A stretch of 64,000 bases of DNA. Origin: the human T2T-CHM13v2.0 reference genome, Homo sapiens. The position numbers and the translations under genes are program-made. Positions 56,376-64,000 of this stretch are shown in pieces. The DNA lies in the NCBI RefSeq assembly GCF_009914755.1, contig NC_060926.1; one strand, written 5' to 3'. Below the pieces are notes generated by a model, which was not told the origin of the DNA, did not search any database, and saw only the letters and a list, made by a program, of their open reading frames with translations. The first letter of the stretch is position 1, and every line of letters starts with the position of its first letter.

Positions 56376-57925
56376 TAGAGGTGTAAGAATTACTGTCCTG
56401 ATCCTCATACACATTACAACCTAATCGAGGATCATGACAAATAGACATGAAACACTAGCAAAATAAACAGGAAAAAGGATTCTGTGATGTAGGTGCAAAC
56501 CCTTAGCATTGCATAAATTCAGAGGAGCAGGAGACCTTTGAAAGCTAAAGGAATCAGGGAAAGTTTCTGTATGTGGAATTGCTTAATGATAAGTGATGAA
56601 TGGGGAAATCATTAAACCCACCAGAATTCCTTCAGGGAGAAAATCCTGTTAATTTGGAAGGTACGTAGATGCTAAATACTCAAGGGATCTGCTTCGGGGC
56701 AAAGCTGTACCATAAGAGGAAGAGCATTTAGCTATTGTTCTAAGAGATAAGGATGAGGAAAGGGAGAGTGGAGGTGGATTGAAGATGATGGCTGAAGACC
56801 ACACACCCAGCAAATCTCAATGACATTGACTAAATCCTGAAGTGCTTGAACTGAATGGATTTTTTTAAAAAAGGAAACAATGAATGGACTCAAATTATCC
56901 ATTCCTTGTGAATATAGGAACGTGGAAACAAAGAGGGAACCAAGGCACAGCTATTCAGAGAATACGAGATGGCCTTCTCAGGGTTCAAAGAGATAGATTT
57001 GGGGTTTGGGCCAGGTTTAACCAAATCTCTCAGGATTGCAGCTGAGGAGCAAAGAAAAGGGGAAGCTGATATCTGGATGACAATATCCAAATGAGTTGCA
57101 TCTCCAAAGCAGAGAATTGGCCATGGGTCTTAAGGAATCATCCAAGTTAAAGCAAAATAATACTTCAGCCCTCTATATAAACATTCCTGTAGCCACTGCC
57201 CCCTAGACCTATAGTTTATAAATCTCAGTCTACCCAGTATGCTGATGGAGGAAAAGCTTTCACCTAAACACCGACCGTGTGAGTTGTTCATAATACTAAA
57301 TTCATTTAACTTACAGAACTATATTTCAAAATGTTATTTTTCTGACATAATTGTTCGTTTTTAAATGAATTCATGGCTTTTGATGTCTTTACGTGGCAAA
57401 ATTAAAATGTGTCAACTTCGTGTTCATTTTCTAAATTTCTTAGAGATTTTATTGGTCTATAAAATCCAAAATTTGAAGAACCACCTCTTTTAATATGACC
57501 CATAGTATCATTTCAGTTAGCTAATTTGCTCTGAATTAAATGGCAGATTTATTTTCAGTTCCTGAATTCATTACTGGTGGTCATGGTTGGTGTGGTTTAT
57601 TAAGGCAATTCCTTTTCGAGTCACATCATTCGTAGCCTCTTCAAATTAAAATTTGTGAACAGGTATACTGCCACAGGTACCCTGAAGGCTGTCTGCATAT
57701 GAACAGGGTTTGGTTTTGTAGTCAATATGCCATTCAACAAGATGAACCCCACAGTTAGTAAAAACAATAGCTTGCATTGTATTATTACAAAGCAGTGTTT
57801 GTGTAATGATTACATATTTTCACTTACATAATTATGAAATGTACAAGTGTGACTGCTGCACAGTAATTAGTCACAAATGGCACACATTTCATGTAAATGG
57901 CTGCAATTCCTGTGACTCTTCCTAT

Positions 57926-58108
57926 TGGGGCTAGCTTCATGAGCGTGTGACCTATCTAGTCCCACAGGGTCCCCTTGCTCAAGAGGGCCCCATGTTTGGT
58001 TTAATGTGCTGTGGCTGCTGTCTTGAAATTGTTCATAATTTTTGACAAGGGGACCCACCCCACATTTCCCCTTTACACTGAGCCCTCCAAATTACATGGC
58101 CATATCCA
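57926..58108. mobile_element. MER91A-like hAT-Tip100 relic
   Basis: 'gggctagcttcatgagcgtgtgacct...cacagggtcccc...gtcttgaaattgttcataattttt...cactgagccctccaaatta'. Confidence 0.75.
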
Positions 58109-58353
58109 ACTGCTATTGCAAAGATTCAAGCTGGGCTGGGAGGTAGAAATAGAAGGACCAGGTAGAGAGGCAGGGAGCAAGACTGAATCCTTTTAGTCAT
58201 CTCAGGAGCCTCTGCCTCCAATCCAACAAGAAGGGCTTCTCCTGTTACTTAGAAAGTCTTGGCTCTTTTATTCAACTGGAACAAGGAAGAAGAATTAGCT
58301 TTTCAGAAAATAAAAAGTTTTGGTTAGGTCACAGTAAGGGGGAGCTGGGGAGA

Positions 58354-58735
58354 TGCTATGGTTTTGATATGTCCCCAGATTTCATGTGTTGGAAACTTAA
58401 TCTCCAAATTTGTATGTTGATTGGAGATGGGGCCTTTTGGAAGTAATTAGGATTAGATAAGGTCATCAGGGTTGGAGTCCCCATGATGGGACTGGTAGCT
58501 TAATAGGAAGAGGAAGAGAGATCTGAGCTGGCATGCTCTTGCCCTCTCACCATGTAATGGTGAGAAATCAATGTCTTTTCTTTATAAATTACTCAGTCTG
58601 TGGTATTTTGTTATAGCAACAGAACATGAACTAAGACAGATAATTGATACTGAGGAGATGGGCTATTGCTAGTAAGAAATACCTGAAAATGTGGAAGCAG
58701 CTTTGGAAGTGGGTAATACATAGAGGCTAGGCTCT
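58354..58735 (+). mobile_element. MST-type LTR (MSTC/D-like, internally deleted) plus start of MST internal sequence
   Basis: 'tgctatggttttgatatgtcccc...taattaggattagataaggtcatcaggg...actaagaca' then 'atacctgaaaatgtggaagcagctttggaa'. Confidence 0.85.
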
Positions 58736-59924
58736 GAGAATAACTCACAGTGGTCAAGTGGCCTAGGAGGTGCCTTCAGGGAGACCAGAAGCACTTGATG
58801 GGATAAATAGTGGTCATAAGATAGGCAGTGTAAACTACCTCACTCTTCCCCACTCTTCCGTAGCATCTGCTGTGAAGATACTGTTTCTTATGGTTTTGTT
58901 AGTGGATTTCTTTGTGGAGCTCAAAGTTCTGAACCCAGGTTGATTCAACGTGAAAATAAACATTGATCGTGCAGGCTCAAGGAGCCAGAAGACAGGGGTC
59001 GGGGGATGGAAGGCGGGACAGTGGGCAATTGGGCTCAGAGTGATGTGTCCTCAGTGAGAATTCCAGTTTTGCCATAATCTTCCCTGTGAAGTTCTGAGAA
59101 TGAGTGTACAATGCCATAATGTCCTGGACTATGGTGGGGATGGTGGGTGTTCCCCACACTTGAGCAGAACGAAGCCTGTGTAAGCTGTGAAACTGTCAGC
59201 TTTGGAGATTAGTCATCCTTGCTCAGACCCTATAAAGCTTTTGCATTAGTTAGGCTGATGTTTCACTTTTAACTCATATAGTAGGCTTCAGACACTTGGA
59301 AATAGTGCTTTTATCATTAGGTATGTTGCCATTTTTATTTTTTCAAGTTTCTCGCTCTCTCTCTCACCACATAAGTACACTTAAAGCTTTACCCTTGCTA
59401 TGAGGTTAACCTAAGGCAGAGGGTATGTTGCCAGCTATAGGCCAAAAGTCTGGGTAGGCATGCGAGAAAGAAATATTTTGGTAGCAATATAGCTTAGGAA
59501 GTCAATATTTTTTAACATAAGTGACAGCAAATATTTACAAATTCAGGCTACTGTGGGTGTTCAGATTCTGAGTGAAAAGCAATCTCATGCACTGATATTT
59601 ACTTTGAATATGTTCTCCTTTTTTCAGCACCCATGACTAATTCCCCTTTTCACAGGGTGAAGAGCAAGTTGGCTCTTGATCTAGCCAGAAAAAAAAAAAA
59701 AGGTTTTCTTATACTTCTGGTAGTAGGCATGTGGTTAGAATACAGGAGTAAGAAAACAAATGTGACTCTTAAAATTATAGTACACATTAATAAACGAACT
59801 AAACATCTAAATGTTGCTAAAGTGACTGAATCACAGATCCACTGTTTCTTACTCTGGTTTTTGCTAGAGGGGCAATGAACATGTAAATTGAGGGTACAAT
59901 GCAGCAAATGAACTAAATTAGAGA

Positions 59925-60400
59925 CTTTATTTGAGTATTGTTGATGCCGGGAGAGATGAGAAAAATAAGACAAACCTTGCCTTCAAGGAACTTATATTTG
60001 TGAGGAAAATACATCAACAAAGCAAAGTCAAGTAATCATAAAAATATGAACGGCTCTTTAACAGTAGAAGGGAGGGAGAAAGCTGAGCGTGGTTAATTTA
60101 TACATGGAATGTATGAAGTTGTTTCAGAGAGGCAAGAAATTATTTGCCTCTCTGAGTCTTCCTGGAAACAGTCTCCCTGGAGGAGGTAGATTTGAGTATT
60201 GAAAGGAGCATTCTAGGCAGGCAGAAGGCATGAGTGGAATCACAGAGGTGGTGAAAGATCCATGAGAGTGAGATGAGTAAGCCAGGCTGGCTGATGTGAG
60301 GTTTTGGGATGGTGAATAATTGGAGACTGTGCTGGAAATAGCTAGTGCATTGGACTCCAGAGGGTCTTAATTGGTGGGACAGGAGCTTCTGCATGCACCA
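59925..60400 (-). mobile_element. L2 fragment
   Basis: 'ccttgccttcaaggaactta', 'ccctggaggaggtagatttgag', 'gcattctaggcag'. Confidence 0.6.
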
Positions 60401-62049
60401 TGAAAGACCTGCTCTGACACAGTGAAAATCTCTGCATCTCCCTTTCCCACTGAGTCATCTTAGGCTTCCCTCTCTGCTTTTCCCTTGAAGCCAGGAGTCC
60501 ATTCCCAGTGGGCAGGCCCATCCTTCCTGAAATCCAGCACAAGATGAGGCCTGGTAGGTGAGTGTGCAGGGCCATGGTGCAGACTCCTCCAAGCTCATCA
60601 TTACTCCAGCTTGGTCAGGGTCTGTTTGGAAAATGGAGTGGTGACATCCTCTTGCCTCAGGATGTGTGGAAGCTCCTTCCATGTATACAGTAGAAACAGA
60701 GCATCTCTGATCCTTTATTACCCCCAGAACCCACTCTCCTGGCTCCTGGCCGAAGGGCCTGAGAAGCAATTGTAAAATTGGGAGCTTGCCCAAAGGACCA
60801 GTACTATATAAAGATTCATTTCAAACCCTGAGCAAGGCGTTACGGATGCAGACCTGATAATGAGCCATTATGAGAAAATGAAAAGCACAGACTTTGTGGT
60901 GGTGCCCTCAGAGCTAAGTAATTCTGGAGAGTAATTATGAAGCAGAAGAATGATTATACAAACTGCAGACTAAACATTTAGGCCCTGTGTGTGAGGCCAG
61001 CTGACAAAGCAGAGGTAATTAATAGGCAGTTACAATGTGGAAGATTCTGGAAAGTAGAGTTCTGTTGTCTGAAATTTAGTCTGACAGAGGAATATTAGCA
61101 AGATAAATGTATTTGGACCAAGCACTCCCGAGAGGAAGGGCATGCTCAAATTGTTTCTGTAAAAAGTCTCTGGCGGTGTTTGGCTCCCTTCTGCGTCCTT
61201 CATGAAACAGTTCTCCTTGAGTATTACGGTTGGCAAGCATGTGGGTGGGGGAGATGTCACACGCACCCGCTCCAGCTGTACAAGCAAGCCACTGCGAGGA
61301 TTAGACGCTTGTTAGTTATGAACTTAGGTGTCTGGTCTGTTTCTTTGCCTTTCAAAGGCACTTCCTGGCAGAGAGGTACAATGGTGCTTTGCAGGAAACC
61401 CTGTGCCCACAGCATCTGTTCTGCAGCTTGGCAGACCGCGGCTGGCCCTGAGCATGGCCTACTAATTCTCTGGGTCAGGTGTGGCTGTGGTGAGATGGAT
61501 CTCAGCCAGGTAAGACCCTCTAATCTCTGTTTTCTTTCTCCTGCCATAGATACACTGATGATTGGAGGGTATGACAGGAATTCTTGCCTGCCTTTGGGTC
61601 GTGAGGGAAACAGAGACAGCGTAATGGCTTTTTGGAGTGCCAGGAGCAGAGTCCCCAGAGTTCATTCTTAGAAAACTATGAAGCTGTTCTTTGAACTCCA
61701 ACTTTTTCTCCTATATTCATTCAGGGCTCTTTCCTCTACAACCCCCTCATTCTTGCTGTTGATAGATGCCTCTTTCCTACTCTCTAAATGTCCAATTTTA
61801 TCTTCCTTTGGAATGCCATCAAATTCTTCCTCCCTTTTTCTGTACCCCACCTCCAAAAATAATCCCAACACCCACCTCGTCAGAGTGTCCATTTATTTCC
61901 TCAGGGCTAATCCCAGAAGGAGCATACAAGTTGGTGAACTCATACTAATATGTGAATGATTGTTGCCCTTGGATGGTTAGAAAATCAAGGTAGTTGTCCA
62001 CTGTAGAAGATTGTTTAAAGCCAAGTGGTTAAGAATATTCTATATCCTT

Positions 62050-62210
62050 CCTTTTGCATATATTATCTCGTTCATCCTTGTGAAGCAGATAATCTCACCA
62101 TCTCAATGTACAGAAAAGGAAACTGAGGCTCAGAACATTTTGAGTAGCCTACTTAAATAGTCTAGGCAGAGATTGAACCCCCACGTCTCTGGCCCCAAGA
62201 GGTCTTGATA
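62050..62210 (-). mobile_element. MIR
   Basis: 'tacagaaaaggaaactgaggctcaga...ggcagagattgaaccc'. Confidence 0.7.
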
Positions 62211-63767
62211 ATTCCCTCACAACTGCTGCCTAACAGCAGATAAAATATATTTGGATTCTTCTCACCTTTAAGAAAACCTAGTAAGTTAATCTCTAAAAAT
62301 CAGCAATCTGCTCAGGGGATACAGGGAGAACTAGGACTATTGTCCCAAATGTGTAGTCATATTTATCTGCTTACCAAATGACCATGTGTTGAATCCCTGA
62401 AAACCATGGGAGAAATACCAATTAAAAAAAAAATCAGAGTTCTGTGACTTCTTCTTTACTAGGTTTCCCTAAAATTATGTTTTACTACAAAACCCTGAGT
62501 ATAGACCACATGCTACGAGATGATCCGTGATATCTCTTAGCCCAGTTATAACAACTTACAGTTTTCCTTTTTTTTTTCTAATTGAATACAATGTTCCCAA
62601 TTATATTAGTTATAAAAGATAATTGCAAAAACCATGCCTGGTCATTTAAAGTCATCTTCTTCTTGAACCAGTTGGTTCCATCTGGTCTTCTGGATGAAAG
62701 AAGTGGAAGACACTGAGCTGAGTTCTGCCCTCCAGTGAGCTTTGTTCTCCAGAAGTTACTTTCTATGATGCCAAACCCACACATCTGGTGAGAAGCAGAT
62801 GAGGAAGTTTCCCTTGGGATAACCCAACTGGAGGTGATTCACATCACTCAAGGGTGATGCCATAGTCGGAAAAGGAAACTTGACTTAGGCAGAAAAGGAA
62901 TTGTTGTCTCTCATAACCAAACCATGGGAGCATAGGGTTGTGGCTGGACCTTAGGAATAATCTGGATGAGGAGTCAATGATCCTAAGCCTTTGTCTCCCC
63001 ATCCCTGGCCTCTGCTTTTCTGTACTTGTTGATTCCATTTTGTCTGACAGACATCCTCCTGACAGCTGAAAACAAGACCAGCAGAAGCAACCAACCCTCA
63101 CTGCTCACAGCTTGGGCCCAGTGCTCAGCCCCAGGACCAGCTGACACTGATAGTAGCTGTTTTAAACCACAGGAATAAAATGGAGGAAAAATCATCTTCC
63201 AAAGACGAGAAATGCTGCTCACAAAAGAAAGGTGCTGTGTAGATTCCCAGTAAACAATATTATCTATAAATGACTCTGGGAATCACTAATAAGTGATGAT
63301 GAAGCTGATTATGCATTATATAAATGTTTAGATTTGAAAAAAATTGATTTATAGCATATAAAATCCCATTATTTTATATTACTGAAATAGGAATATGAAG
63401 GAATGGAAACATTTTATTTTAAAAACATAAAGTTACACTAAGACATTAGCTCCTTTGACTCACATATTTCAAAAACAATGACGGTTTTCAGTGGAAAATA
63501 ATGCTAAGAAGTTCTGAAAATAACAGTAATAAGGAAGAATTTGAGTAATGAAACATTTATTCACTCATTTTCCTTCAAGTATGTACAATATAGCTATAAA
63601 ATAATTAGACTAAAAAATGGCAGGCACAGCAGAACCTTAAACCAACAAATTTAAAGTATAGACATTTTGTTGGTATAATAAGAGCATTAATATGTATTGA
63701 ATGTTTACCAAGTGCAGGTAACTATTATAAAACCTTTATTGGCATGATCTGAATTAGTTCTCAAAAC

Positions 63768-63983
63768 AAATAGTTGGCAAACTAAGGCCTGTGGGCCAAA
63801 CTCGGCCCACCTTCTATTTTTGTACAGAGTTTTATTGGAACACAGCAACACTCATTCAATTATGCATTGTCTATGGCTACTTTTATGCTACAGAATTGAG
63901 CTGTAGTGGCAGAGACTGTATGGACTACAGAGCCTGAAGAATTTGCCATCTGGCCCTTTACAGAAGAAGTTAGTTGATCCCTG
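63768..63983. mobile_element. MER58A (hAT-Charlie), inserted in a MIR tail (~63690-63767)
   Basis: 'gttggcaaacta...gggccaaa...gttttattggaacacagc...atctggccctttacagaagaagttagttgatccctg'. Confidence 0.88.
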
Positions 63984-64000
63984 CAAAACAATCCAATGGA

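Noticed and set aside
61503-61550. Strong donor 'cag|gtaaga' followed by acceptor 'ttctttctcctgccatag|'
   Set aside because: The implied intron of ~39 nt is below the normal human minimum
61180-61671. 163-aa + strand ORF
   Set aside because: Non-ATG start in the sequence, Cys/Trp-rich random-like composition and no recognisable homology; expected by chance

Overview
Primate (most likely human) AT-rich intronic or intergenic DNA, roughly half of it interspersed repeats. It holds about 10 Alu/FLAM/FRAM copies, a full-length but dead L1PA6/7-type LINE-1 (minus strand, ~29.1-35.3 kb) and a TSD-bounded, internally deleted L1MA-type element (plus strand, ~39.2-45.5 kb) with four nested insertions. 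It also has many MaLR/ERVL solo LTRs, MIR/L2 relics, MER/Tigger DNA-transposon relics and microsatellites. I recognise no host protein-coding exon, tRNA, rRNA or CRISPR feature. The only ORFs with recognisable protein content are L1 ORF1/ORF2 remnants. The best unexplained signals are: (1) a ~480-bp non-L1 segment with retroposition hallmarks (TT/AAAA site, ~16-bp TSD, AATAAA), probably an orphan 3' transduction, sitting in a Tigger2a terminus inside the L1MA; (2) a chimeric Alu apparently assembled from two local templates; (3) a ~180-nt unique segment that folds by eye into a multi-branch RNA with partial hammerhead-core motifs; (4) several transcription-factor motif clusters and candidate non-coding exons. 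Repeat subfamily names come from recalled consensus sequences and boundaries are approximate; both need RepeatMasker/Dfam confirmation. I cannot support a claim of a new biological system from sequence alone.
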